Shown here: piece by piece, positions 1 through 12,273 of the stretch
Position numbering within the stretch: position 1 is the first letter of the stretch
Layout: the number at the start of each line of letters is the position of its first letter
Assembly: GCA_028534125.1 (NCBI GenBank)
Contig: CM052816.1
Span: forward strand, 100,318,001-100,382,000
Length of the DNA stretch: 64,000 nt
DNA from: Lama glama
Taxonomy: Eukaryota
Direction: 5' to 3'
The notes under the pieces: model-generated
Seen by the model: the letters and a program-made list of their open reading frames with translations, nothing else
Told to the model about the DNA's origin: nothing
Database searches by the model: none
Made by a program: the position numbers and the translations under genes

Positions 1-219
1 AATGAGCCCAGAAAAGTACCCTGTGCCTCAAAGCGAAAAAGAAGAGGTTGAAAAATAGCAAACTCACTGTCTTCAGAAAGCGTGGTTAGGTACCGGACTC
101 ACGAACGAGTCAGGATGATGAAACCAGGACCTGCGAATGTGGGACCAACAAGCGTATTTCAGGGAGGGGGTGGGAGGCACTGATTGCCCACCACGTAGGA
201 CCACTGTGTCTGCTGGCAT

Positions 220-821
220 TGAAACAGGAGGGAGGGGGCAGGGCACAGCCATTCAAGGAAGGACACAGCAGTTAGCACGAAGATGGCGGAAGATTCAGCT
301 CCCAGTGGGCCCTGAGCTTCCTTATACGCTCATTGTAACATATCAGCGTGGTAAACGGCCCTCCCCCAGGCGCCATGACAGTTCCGAGGCTGACCTTAAA
401 AGGTCAAAAAGTGGGAGGTGGCCCGGTTCCTGGAAGCCCCGCCCCTTCCCCAAAGCAGTTGGAATAACCCTCCCACTTGTCAGCATGTGAAGGCGCTGAG
501 CCTATGAAGACCAACAGCCTCACACCTCGTGGCCACTCTCGCTTCTGAGCGAGACGCCCTCACTCTGTCTATGGAGTGTGTGTCTGCTTTTACTTTAAAC
601 TAACCCCCCCCATGCCTCGTGGCCTCTCTGTCCTTCTGAGGCGCCCACACTCGGTCTACGGAGTGCGCATCTCTAAGTAAACCCACTTCCACTCTGCTTT
701 GGCTCACTCTTGGATTCTTTCCTGCGAGAAGCCAAGGACCCTCAAGTGATGGGGCGCATCCCGGGGACTCGTCCGAGACCTGGGACACTGCCGTCCTCTC
801 GTGCCCCATGTTCCTGTGTCA
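220..821 (+). mobile_element. Solo ERV1-class LTR with intact termini and 4-bp target-site duplication
   Basis: Begins TGAAACAGG at 220 and ends GTGTCA at 821. Flanked on both sides by GCAT (216-219 and 822-825). Has a polyA-signal-like AGTAAA near 676 and an internal direct repeat. A 4-bp TSD is typical of gammaretrovirus-like ERV1. Confidence 0.85.
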
Positions 822-1910
822 GCATTTCCAGTGTCATTCTTTGATGAGAGAAGGTTTACTCTTGAATAGCAGGTTGATTTTGGCTTCAAATGGTTGACTG
901 GCTGCTAGGTCTTCCCACGTGCATTGCTGAGACCACACGGTCCTGTCGGCCATTTTTACTGAGCTGTTCTGGGAGGACAGAGCAGGAAATTCTGAGAGCG
1001 ATCAGAATCTTTAAAAGTGTATCCTTCATCTGCGTCAATCCTCGGAGCCCTAGGGCTCCATCTGAAGTGTCACTGTGCCAGTTCGACGCTGGCTCCCCGG
1101 GTGTCAGGAAATAAGCCCCTCATTTTCTATTTTATGGAAGCAAAATGGGATTGGAGTAAGTGCCCAATTTCCTTCCTTCAAATTCCAGATATTTTGAGTT
1201 TTTATGAAAGAAAAGTGTCTCTCATAATGAGTGAAGTGTTTACCTAATGAATCACTAAGATACTTCACGTCATCTTTTTGCGGGTTGTGTAGAGCTGGCC
1301 AGACACTCAGTCATAAGACCCTCCACTGCTTCCTGGCCGAGCCCCTTCCCAGGACAGTGGCCCCGTTGCCAGCACTCTCCATAGGCTCATTTCCAGCAGG
1401 GCCTCGGCTGCTTCCCTGGAGGCTCCAACCTGGTAACACTGCACGATGCTCCCTGAGTGAAGTGGACCGATAGCATCTCTCGTCAATGGCAGATTTTCCT
1501 GTCCGAAGCCTGCACCCAGATCCTGGCTTTAAATGTCTCTTACGGGTGAAAGAATTCTAATCTAAGAAAGAAAAAAAATTGAAACTACTGGGTAAAGGGC
1601 TCAGAAACCACATTTTTAACCTACCAAGTGGTAAGGGAACAAGCTTACTATTTGGGGCTATAAATATGAAAAAATATATAATAGGTCTAAATTTATATCT
1701 TATAAAGTTGAAGTTCAAACTTAACATGTACTGACCCTACCTCCCTTCTTCATTTTTGAAAGCGTATTTATGTGAAAATCCCATTTATAGCAAAATATTT
1801 TGGACAAAAGCTTGCCATCACCCCAGTCGCTATAAGACAAGTGTTACGGCTCAGTGGACGCCCCGTGGTGTGCACGTGGGGCCCCATTTTCACATTCAAA
1901 AAAGGCTTAG

Positions 1911-1952
1911 GCACACACATGCACACACATGCACACACATGCACACACACAC
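1911..1952. repeat. (CA)n-rich microsatellite with GCACACACAT units
   Basis: gcacacacat x3 followed by gcacacacacac. Confidence 0.9.
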
Positions 1953-4613
1953 TCCCGCCCTGTCTTTCACTCTAGTCTTTGTAGACCTTCCGTCTCCAGT
2001 GCTTACAGCCCCTCAGGCTGCCAGGCAAGCGGAACCCCCGTCTGCTCCCCAATCAAGCAACAACCCCCCCATCTGACCACGAGAGGCCAGGGGCCTTGCC
2101 CACTCACACTTGTCTGTCAGCTGGGTTGACAGCATGGAAGGGGGCCGCCCCCACCTTTCCCTGTCCATCAGCTGAGCTGACAGGTGCAGGCAGGCAAGGG
2201 ACCCCCCCTCCGCCCCATTCATGCCCAGCAGCACATCTGATGGACGCAGGCGGGTGGGGGAGTCCCCAGAGCCTCTCAGCGGGGAGGGCAGGCGTATCTC
2301 TGCCCTGGGTGGGCCTGGGGTGGATGGCGTTTCCCCGTCTCCACTGACGGGTGGGGGCAGGCGTGGGTTCCCAGCTGTTCCCGTGTCTGACAGGGAGTTA
2401 CTGTTCGCCCACATTGATTCACAGGCACGCCTCTTGCCGACCGTGGACCCTGCCTGGGTCATCTTGGACGGGGATTTAGGCAGGTGTATGAAAACATACG
2501 GTGGACAGGGGACGGAGAAAGCAGAGAGTGAGGGTGAGAAGAGGGGCCCCGTCTCTGTCTGGTGGACAACTGGGTCCCAGCGGAGCAGCCACGGACAGGA
2601 AGCGGGGCCACCATCTTTCGGGGGGTTGGTCGCTGAGCGCAGCCTCGGACTGTGAAGAAAATCCTCACTGCATGGAGGAGCACAATGATTTTCCTTACGT
2701 ATATTTGTCAAATAAACGTAGCAAAGACATCTTAGAGATTCACATGAGGCACAAGGGACTATGTGCACGGCGGGGTCACCCCAGTCATTCAAGTAGGCAT
2801 TTACTGGGCTGTACTGCGTGCCTGGCCCTGGACAGGGCATCGTCCCCGCTCCTGGAACCCTCACAAACCGAGACACTTGTACCCTCGAGTGTGGACCCTG
2901 GGCGGACCCGCCGGAAAGCCCACGGCGGGCCACCAGCGTCCTGCCGCCCGGGGTGGGTGTCTCTTTGATGATCTGTTTTTACTCGGTAGTAAGGCCGTGT
3001 GGAAATTTAACAGAACCATTCATCATTTATGACATTCAACAAGAAGCAGCATTATTTTATTAGTCTTTAAAATCAGTGTGGTTGCTTGCTCTAGTCTGGT
3101 CTACAAGCATGGTTTGACCACAGTTGACTGATTCAAAGACTGGAAATACCCTCAAATATCAAGTTTCAAGAAAAAGGGGAAAAAGCCAACAAAACCAAAC
3201 CCCAAATCAAAAGAAAAAGCAATGTATCCATAGGCTAAAGAACCCATTTCTTTTAGTAAATTTCCACTCCATGTCTCACTTCAATTTTCTCATTTTAAAC
3301 TCAGATTTCAATTAAACGGACAAGGAACTTTCAACACACAGGCCCAGTGAAGACAATATTTTAAACACGCACAGAAGCCTCAGCCTTGGCCCGACAGGAA
3401 GGTGATGGCGCCCCCAGACGCAGGAGAGCCTGCAACCAAGGCCGGACGAGAACGAGGCGTGCCACCATCCGGCGGGGCAGCCCCTGCGACGTCGGACACC
3501 ACAGGCAGGTTCAGTCTGATTTTTAGGTGAGACAACCTTCCCTTCAAAATGTCCGAGTGCCTTGGGTCCCTCCTTTCATGAACTCCAGAGCAGCCTGGCC
3601 AGACCCGCAGGTCTCCACTCAGCAGACGGCGGCTTAGACTCCAGCCGAAGTCACCGTCATAGCCGATCACTGTCTCCGGTCACCTCGGGCATCTCCATCC
3701 CGGAGTGTCCGCCTCTGCCCCTGTGTCCTCCGTGTGGACAGTGCCACGCCAGGACCAGCTCTTCTGGGGAGTCTCAGACACAAAGGGATGTAATCCCAGG
3801 GTCCATTTATTTTTCAGTTGAAATCAAAGTGACAGAGCCCTTTCCCAGGGGCGATCCGCTCCACGTGCGTTATCTAAGAAGCTTCTCTGAAGAAACGCAC
3901 CTGGCTTGGATTTTGATGGTCACTCAGGAGAAGCAGACGTAGTTTTCTAAGGCCACTGTCATCTAGATCCAGAAAGAATCCACAGGTGACAACGTGTAGC
4001 TTTCAGAAGATTCGGCTCAAAAACACACCAGTTGGGTATAAAGAGGTTAAAAACAATGGACCGAACTTTGCCGTCCGAAAGCATCCTCAGTGTTTCCTCC
4101 ATCTGCCGGGAAGTGAACAGGAAGCCGAGGGCTCAGCGGTCAGAGATGCGCGCTCTCTTCTTTTTCTGGTGTTGGTGACTTAGATCAGACAGGGAAGAAC
4201 CACACGGAGGTAAAGTGAGCTGGCTCAGGGCTGGGTGCAGGCAGGCGGCCGCACACCTTTGGATTCACCTGCTCCTCTCGAAGGACAAACAGCACCATAA
4301 GAGTTGAAATATAAAGCCAGTTATCAATTATTCACATCTGTGGTCTAATTTAGTGCATCTAATTCATTTCATCATATTGTAGCTCACGGAGCCAGACAAA
4401 AGCTTTGCAAAATTGTTTGATTTTGCCCCTGAGGAGAGAAGCACATTTCTGCACAAAATCACATAGCTGGTATATGATAACGGGAGGGAGGTCCAGGACT
4501 CTGCCTCCTGCACAGCTGACAGGTGAAGGGTGACGGCATAGCCCGCAGGCTCCCGCAGGGGCCGGGGCGAGGCTGGTGGAGGCCCCCAGCCAGACAGCCT
4601 GGGCCCCACACCC

Positions 4614-5113
4614 NNNNNNNNNNNNNNNNNNNNNNNNNNNNNNNNNNNNNNNNNNNNNNNNNNNNNNNNNNNNNNNNNNNNNNNNNNNNNNNNNNNNNNN
4701 NNNNNNNNNNNNNNNNNNNNNNNNNNNNNNNNNNNNNNNNNNNNNNNNNNNNNNNNNNNNNNNNNNNNNNNNNNNNNNNNNNNNNNNNNNNNNNNNNNNN
4801 NNNNNNNNNNNNNNNNNNNNNNNNNNNNNNNNNNNNNNNNNNNNNNNNNNNNNNNNNNNNNNNNNNNNNNNNNNNNNNNNNNNNNNNNNNNNNNNNNNNN
4901 NNNNNNNNNNNNNNNNNNNNNNNNNNNNNNNNNNNNNNNNNNNNNNNNNNNNNNNNNNNNNNNNNNNNNNNNNNNNNNNNNNNNNNNNNNNNNNNNNNNN
5001 NNNNNNNNNNNNNNNNNNNNNNNNNNNNNNNNNNNNNNNNNNNNNNNNNNNNNNNNNNNNNNNNNNNNNNNNNNNNNNNNNNNNNNNNNNNNNNNNNNNN
5101 NNNNNNNNNNNNN
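4614..5113. other. Assembly gap (500 N), followed by a C23 homopolymer
   Basis: Exactly 500 N; poly-C at 5114-5136. Confidence 0.99.
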
Positions 5114-6079
5114 CCCCCCCCCCCCCCCCCCCCCCCGCAACCACCGCTGCTGCAAGGAAGAGCAGCAGACAGCCGCCTCCCCTGCGGGGAGCTGGAAGCC
5201 TTCAGACTCGTCTCAGAACCCGCCCTCCCCGCGCGCTGCCGTGTCCAGGCCGAGGCGCGCGGCCGCAGGGGCGCCCTTGTTTGGCTGGCTGAGTGGACTC
5301 TTCGCAGTGTGGTCTCGATGTTCACGTCAAGTGGCTTCAGTTCTACGCGAGGACACTCCTCACACCTGCTCACTGCCTGCGTGCCCTGGTCGCCCGACTC
5401 TCGCCATCTGCTTCGTGCTCCCAGGGCCCAGGGAGCCCCCTGGGGAGATGAGGCCACCAGCCTCGGGAGGGCGGAGCCAGGCCTGGGACCCGCAGCCTGA
5501 CTGCCACCCCGGGCCCTGTCACTCCATCTCCCACCGAGGCAACAACCTGGCTGGCGTGCGGGCAGGATCACAGACTAGACGTGTGCAAACCACCCTGCTG
5601 GGTTTACCGGCAGCCGGGTCCTGATCAGGTGGTGCGGTGGGAGGCAGGGAGACCCCACCCCAGCCCTCCAGCCTCCACTGGAAAGAAAGGGACAGCTCTT
5701 CCGCCCTGCAAACCCCGAGTCAGAGGGACGCGGAGGGAGCAGGACGTCCTCGGGTGAGCGGGGAGGCCGCAGACGTGCGGGGCGACTGGTGGGGGCATGA
5801 GGGGCCCTCTAGAAGCTTCTCCCATGTGCCCAGTGGGCAAGGACGGGGCTGGAGTTCAAGGCCAAGGACTCTCATTCCAGGCCTGTCCTTGGCCACGGGA
5901 CGATGGTTCTCTCCCCTGAGATGGGCACTCACTCCCTTCCGCTGAAATAAGCACCGAGCGTACCCGGACCTCGGCCGTCCTGTCAGCCTGGCGTCGGGTC
6001 TGGGCTTCGCGGTGCCCCGGGGTTACCACGGTCCTCCATACCTGCTCAGCGGGAGGGCCCAAGAACAAGTGTGGGAGGG

Positions 6080-6212
6080 AGACACACACACACACACTCA
6101 CATCCACCCGCGACCCACAGGCAGCACACACGGGACGCGTGCCCAGCACACACGCGCTGGTGCACAGCGCACACTCACACGCAGCACGCACACGGCACAC
6201 AACACACCCACG
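6080..6212. repeat. Degenerate CA/CACG-rich simple repeat
   Basis: Runs such as gacacacacacacacactcacac and acacgcagcacgcacacggcacacaacacac. Confidence 0.75.
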
Positions 6213-9200
6213 TGTGCAAAGCTTTCCCCAGAGCTGACGCGGTAACAGGACCGAGGGGTTCTGTCTAAACTGCCGAGGCGCGCGGCGGTCTCCGTCCCGC
6301 CCCGCGTGGTACGTGCAGGTGAATCAGGGCCCCGGTCCTCCCCGAGCCTCCTCCCACCCCTAACCGGCCCGGGGGAACCCCGGGGAGACGGAGAGGGCTC
6401 ACTTTGTTACGTGCACTCATTTCTTGAAGCAGATCCGCTGATTAGTGGTTTTCCCTCCCTCCTTTCTTCCTTTTGGTCTTAATCAGCAAGCCTTCTGGAG
6501 CAGCCGTGTGTGTCTCTGGAGAGGCTGGCTGTGGGCAGTAGGTGGCCCAGGGGAGCGGCTCCTGTCTCCTTCCACAGACGAGAGATGGGGCTCCCCTCTT
6601 GTCCCTCCAGTTCCAGGCTCACAGCCATGTCCACCCACCTCTGCTTCAGGTCCATGCTGTTCCCACGCGCGGGGTCCCAGGTCACCCAAGGTCGCCCCTC
6701 GGCGTTTCCCGGCCGTCCGGGGAGCTGGCTTCCCTGCAGGCTTTCGCAGTCCTGCACTGGAGTCTGCAGTCTCCTGCTGTAGACTGGGGAGCCCTCGAGA
6801 GTGGGGCGGTGGGCTTATTTCCCAGAACTCAGCATCCGAAGAGCAGTGAAGACTAAGGAATGAGCATGATGGGTGAATCAAAATTCCCCCGTGTCCTCAA
6901 AACAGGGGACACTCTGCGCAGAGTGTCCAGGGAAAGTGGGCTGCCAGCAGGACCCGTCTCCTGGCTGCACCCCTGATGTTGGGTCCCCCAAAGGAGGTGC
7001 CTGGAAGGGGCCCTTGTCTCAGTCTTTGGGCCAATAATCCAGGGGCCGGGCTGGGCAGGAAACCAGGGGTCTCCCCCTTGGGTGGGCAGGAGGCTCTCAG
7101 GAGCAGAGGGCCTGCCTCCCTTCGTGGTGAGGACAGGTGCCTTTTCAGCAGAGGGTGAAAGGGGACAAATCTTCCAGACCCGGCGCGGAGTGCACTGGGA
7201 TGATTTCACTGACCTAACATTTGTTTAGCCTCCCAATCTCACCTCATGCTCAGGGTTTGTTTGGACACCTATGTTTGGGGATTTTGTGGCTGAAATATGA
7301 GTGTCCTGGGAGGAGGAGGCTGCCCTCCGTCAGTCCCTGCGCGAGGACGCGGTGACCGAGAGTTTCCGCAGCGCGCCGCCCTGAGGGCTGAGAAAGCCAA
7401 CGGCCCTGGACCAGCTCTCAAGCCGCAGCGCAGCTGTTCGCTGCAAGCTGCGTGGCCTGGAGAGCTCACGGGCAGGGTGGGCTGGGGAAGACCCGAGCTT
7501 TCTGGCCTCAGTGGCTCTGCCCCAGCCCTGGTGGGGTCCACTCCCAGGGGGGCAGATGAGAGCAGCGGGACGGCACTGAGACCCTGGGCGTCTGCACGCA
7601 TCTGGGGTGATGCTCGCCATCCACACTAGGCTGGGGGCCGGGGGTGCAGCTGGTTGCTTAACCTCTTGCTGTTCGTGCTTCCCCGTCTGTGAAGTGGGGC
7701 CACCGATAGCACCTGGCGGGCCAGGAGGGTGCAAGGAAACAGTACCCACAAGCCCCAGGGTGGCAGGGCACCCCGGGAGTACGCTGGTCTCCCGGTCCCC
7801 AGTTGTCACTCAGATTTGTCACTTCTTGTGCTGCGTCTCTTCAGTTCTTAGATGAGCCATCGAACCCACACCTGGTGTCCCCAGCGGCACCTCTGGTGTC
7901 TCCCTCTCGAGGTTTTGTCTGTCTCTAGAATTATCTGAGGACCCCAGGGGCTTACCCAGAGCTTCCAACACCTAGAGGGAGAGGGTCTGTCCGTCTGCCT
8001 CCATCTGGGTGTGACTGGCAGCCTCTCCATCCTGTCCTAGGGAACCTCTTCCAGGGCACCGGCCACAGGGCACCCACTGGGAGCTCCAGGTGCACATTGT
8101 CCCAGTGCCAGTGTTGGGGGGGGCAAGGACTGCCTCCTGCCGCTGCACCTGGCAGAGCTCGCCCTCACCCCCAGAGAACCCCAGCTTTCTACCCAAGGAC
8201 CCCGATCCAACCCCCAGGCCCCTTCCCTACAAGCCTGTGGCAGGTGGCCCCCAGCCTGGCCCCCGTTCCCAGTCTGAACCCCTAAGGGCTTTGGTACAAG
8301 GCTGCCCTGCCCTTTCCCCACCACCAGGACCTACTCACCCTAATTCATAACCACAGAGATGATTTCGCCAATTGTTATGAGGGGAGAAGAAGCTGAGAGA
8401 GAAACGGGAGATGCCCCTGAGCTGGAACAGATGGCCAGGGCTCAGGAGAGGACCTTCGGGTGGGCGGAGCTTGGACAGGGCATAGCGGCCAGTCCCCTTG
8501 GCTCCATGGGGATGGGACCACCAGAGGGTGATCTGAAACACCCGATTTAGGAGCTGGGCAGTAAGGGCTGGGCAACTATCCGTGAAAAGGGAGTTTGAAA
8601 AGCAAAAGCCGCCAGCTAGCAAGTGGACAGAAGCCCTGGGAAACACTGGAGAAAAGACCACGATCCAGGTGCGCCTTGAGGCTCCTGGAGCGTGGGCAGG
8701 ACTGAAGCCCTCCTGTCCTCCTTAGCTGTCCTTAGACAGGGTGAGAGGTAAGGTGGGGAGCAGGTGAAGAGACCCAGGCTCGCGTTCCCTGAAGAGGTGG
8801 AGAGGCCCCGTGCCCCCCAGGCCGGCTCTGTCCGGCTCGGTCACAGCTGAGTCCCCCAGGAGCTCACACCAAGGACTCCCCAGGGGGAGGCAGGGGGACC
8901 CAGAAGGTGTTGGAACCCAGCATGAGAGCTCACAGAACAGGTGTGCAGTGAGGGTACACGTTGGATGGAGGGGGCATCGGGGAGCCCAGAGTCTGGGGGG
9001 TCTGGAAAGAGGACCGCAGAGCAGGGAAGGCTGGCCCCAGACCCACCGCGGGCCCGCAGCCCTGGACCACGATGGATGGATGGTGGGGCAGGATGCAGCT
9101 CAGGAAGATCAAGAGAGACATGTCGAGAGTGACAGCTTCATGAATTTTTCAGAAAGCTAAGCACGGCCTGAGATCATCTCCTTCCTCTAGCTTTTGGAAT

Positions 9201-10490
9201 TACAACGTACTCTTTCTTTTTAAAACTGTCCCTAGTAAACATCTGTTTTTAAATAACGGCTCTGCTTGACAAAATACAAGCGTGCCAGTACCATTTGGAC
9301 TACTGGTTTGTTTTTTTTTTTCAATGTCATGCTTTATGCATTCCAAAGGTTCCTTCTGCCGAGATGGTCTTTCAAAGAGTTTTACGGCCGATGGAGGACA
9401 AGAAGGTCTCAGTGTTCGTGGACGTTTTGGTTTTGTTTTTCAGACAGGAGGAAACTGTGGACTCAGACTAAAGGGTTTGGATGAGGAAAAGGGGGTATTA
9501 ATGACGCTCTTCCCTCCAGAACCATCTCTAGCAAACAAGCAGAGCTACAGGGAAGACCCACCTTCCAACATGATACAATCAGGAGCGAATAAATTAAAAC
9601 TGCTGGGTTTTTCTGGCCCCCGCTGAATCTACCTCCCTAAGTGAATACGTGCGGGCCTGAGCCTGGGGCCGTTTCTGTCAGTGGGTGACAGTCAAATTAT
9701 TCTAGCCGCAGGCACATTTTATTTACATAATTGCTCTTTGGGCGAATTCCTCCACTTTTCAGCAGAAACCCGGCTCTTTTACCAACATCATCCTTCAGCA
9801 CCCACCTCTCCTCCATGGTTCACATCCCTGAAAAATAATTATAAGCTTTGATATATAAGAAATCATTACCCACTGATTTAGATAATGAAATAATATGAAC
9901 TACAGCAAGATGGGCTATGATTCGTACACACTTCCTGCTGTCTCTAACATCATTTAATGATTTTTTGATTTTCATTGCCCAAAAAAAAAAACTACTTCAA
10001 ATTTGAAACACAGCAGACACATCAATGAGAGGAAGCAAAGAAGGCATTTTATCTTATTTTCTGTGTGTTACTGAGGCAGATTTGAAAAGAGAAGTCTCTT
10101 CAAAGCCAGTCTGCAATCATTGCATGCTTTAATGAGAATAAGGCGGTTTTGTCAAAGAGCCCACCCTGTTTGCCAAATTGGTCTATCGACTTCTATTTCA
10201 CGAGGCCAATCTGATGTCTTTGGAGGAAACTGCCTCATTTACTAATTCATTTTCCTATTGCTATTTTCTAGAATCAGAATATATGTAAATAATAACTTAG
10301 AGCAGGATATCAGGAAAAAATAATTACTAAACACCCTTGGTATTATATAATATTGTCTGATGGATTTACAGTGTTTCTTAAAATTTTTAACATTTTTCTC
10401 TAATAGTAAAAGTAACTGAAGCTTATTCTAAAAAGTCAAATAATCCTGAAATGTATAGGAGAAAAGGAAAAGATACTCCATTAATTAAAC

Positions 10491-11374
10491 TGTCAGGATA
10501 GAAAAATGTCTTCTTGTGTCCTCTTGGGTTCTGTGACTGGCGGCCTGCGAACTTAACTGACAAGACAGATTAAGAGAAAGAAGTACTTCATTTTCTATTT
10601 GATTTGTTGTTATTTTATAAATTTATTTTCTATAATTATTATTTATTAGTATTTATAATATTTTCTGTGCACAGGACCTCACAGAGAAGGAGTGAAACTC
10701 GACAAAGTGTTTAGACTTGGAGGCTCATACATCATTTTAACAAAGAAAAGAGGGTTTGGCTTCAAGGGATGATAAACTGTGGGAAAGTGACAAGGAAATG
10801 TCTGGTAATCCCCAATTTCTATCAGCAGATACAAATAACCACACATAAAATAGATAAACAGCAAGGTCCTACTATATAGCACAGAGAAATCCATTCAGTA
10901 TCTTGTAATAACCTATAATTTAAAACAATCTGTAAAGGAATATACATGTGAATGTATGCATATGTGTGTGTGTGTGTATATGTATGTGTATATATATATG
11001 TATGTGTAACTGAATCACTATGCTGTACACCAGAAACTAACACAACATTGTAAATCAACTATAGTTCAATTTTTAAAAAAGAAAAAAGAAATATATGGGG
11101 GAAACTAGTGGAAGGTAAGAGTTACTTTAGTGAGATTTATTTCTGTCATCTCATCTTGGGGCCAACTCTGTCTCCAATGATAGGAGCTACTCTCTTCTTC
11201 CTGGTCTGGTTTAGAGAGATGTGAGCACTAAGGGAAATATATGCCCTACTTTTAGGCAGAAATAAAGAGGGAAGAGAATTCTTCCTGCATCTGTTGATTC
11301 TCAGTCACCTCCAGTTCAAAATGATCCTTGTGCCAATGGCATATTTTGGGGATAACTTATTCTGATCCATTTCA
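10491..11374 (-). mobile_element. MER34-like ERV1 LTR interrupted by an L1 3' fragment
   Basis: Right end ggcatattttggggataacttattctgatccatttca is the reverse complement of a MER34-type LTR start (TGAA...CAGAATATGCCACCCCAAAATATGCC). Segment has TG...CA termini. No TSD match seen. Confidence 0.65.
10801..11090 (+). mobile_element. 5'-truncated cetartiodactyl-type LINE-1 3' end with A-rich tail
   Basis: aaaatagataaacagcaaggtcctactatatagcacag...gtaactgaatcactatgctgtacaccagaaactaacacaacattgtaaatcaactata, then an A-rich tail. Contains an internal TG/TA microsatellite. Confidence 0.9.
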
Positions 11375-11491
11375 GTCTCAAGTCCAATAGATACTCTCTT
11401 CTAAAATGTACCTATTTAAAAAGAAACAATATTATGGTAGAGATAGTTTTGCAATGTTCTAAGAATGAAAGCATTCTTATTTTTTGTAAAG

Positions 11492-11938
11492 TGTATTAGT
11501 TAGTTGTTGCCGTGTAACAAATGACTCAAAAACCTTATTGCTTAAACAACAGACATTAATTAATTCCCTCTGGGTCAGCAGGCAGCTCTTCTTTCTGCTC
11601 TGGCCAAGCTCTGTGGATGTTCCAAGATGCCTGCCTTCACATACTGGCTGTTGCAGAGGGCCCAAGCTGTGAGACTCAGCCCTGCTCCACATAGCATCTT
11701 ACCCTCCAATAAACTAGCCCAGGATTCTTCACAGAATCACGGCAGGGTTCAAAAGGCATCCAGAGGGTATAAGCCTCATTGTGCAAGCTCCTTACAAGTT
11801 TCTGCTTGAATCGTGTTTGCTGTTGTCCCATTGGCCAAAGCAAGTCCCAAGTCAGAGTAATTGTGGGAGTGGACAACCCAAGCAGTGGACACAGAGAGAC
11901 ATGGGTCACTGGGAGCCTTCCTACAACAATCTACCACA
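11492..11938 (-). mobile_element. MLT1-type MaLR LTR
   Basis: tgtattagtt...gtaacaaatgactcaaaaaccttattgcttaaacaac at the left; cattggccaaagcaagtc and caatctaccaca at the right. This is the usual reverse-orientation MLT1 signature. Confidence 0.7.
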
Positions 11939-12204
11939 AAACCTTTTTCCCATGTTCCTCTACTAGAAAGGCGTAAAAGTAACATGTGAGCTGAGTTCAA
12001 TGCAGGTATCTTTCCACTGTCATCACTGGGAGTCCATAGGTAAGGACTTTCACACGTGAGCAAAGCCTTCCTCTCCACCCCATATCCTACCATCACCCGG
12101 GATGACTTCGAAGTCCACAACCAGGGCATCCATCCTACCAACAGGCTCCCAGCTACAGTGACGCACTTCTACTGTCAGAATTCCTGCAATACCCCTGAGA
12201 CCAA

Positions 12205-12273
12205 CCCAGATGCGCACGTCCCTGTTACAGCTCTCTCCCCCAGATGCGCACATCCCTGTTACACCTTTCTCCC
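12205..12273. repeat. Two-copy tandem duplication, period 34 bp
   Basis: cccagatgcgcacgtccctgttacagctctctc / cccagatgcgcacatccctgttacacctttctc. Confidence 0.85.

Noticed and set aside
2013..2933. 306-aa minus-strand ORF, the longest gap-free ORF in the track
   Set aside because: Pro/Gly/Ser/Arg-rich with no recognisable domain and overlapped by ORFs in other frames; expected in GC-rich DNA that is poor in stop codons
3805..3870. Possible 47-nt plus-strand exon (tttatttttcag|...ccac|gtgcgt)
   Set aside because: Weak donor, not frame-preserving, no recognisable product
4359..5571. Long ORFs spanning the first gap
   Set aside because: Artefacts of translating through 500 N
9300..9530. Possible minus-strand terminal exon (DGSGGKSVINTPFSSSKPFSLSPQFPPV*)
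   Set aside because: Weak acceptor, peptide not recognised, no linked upstream coding exon
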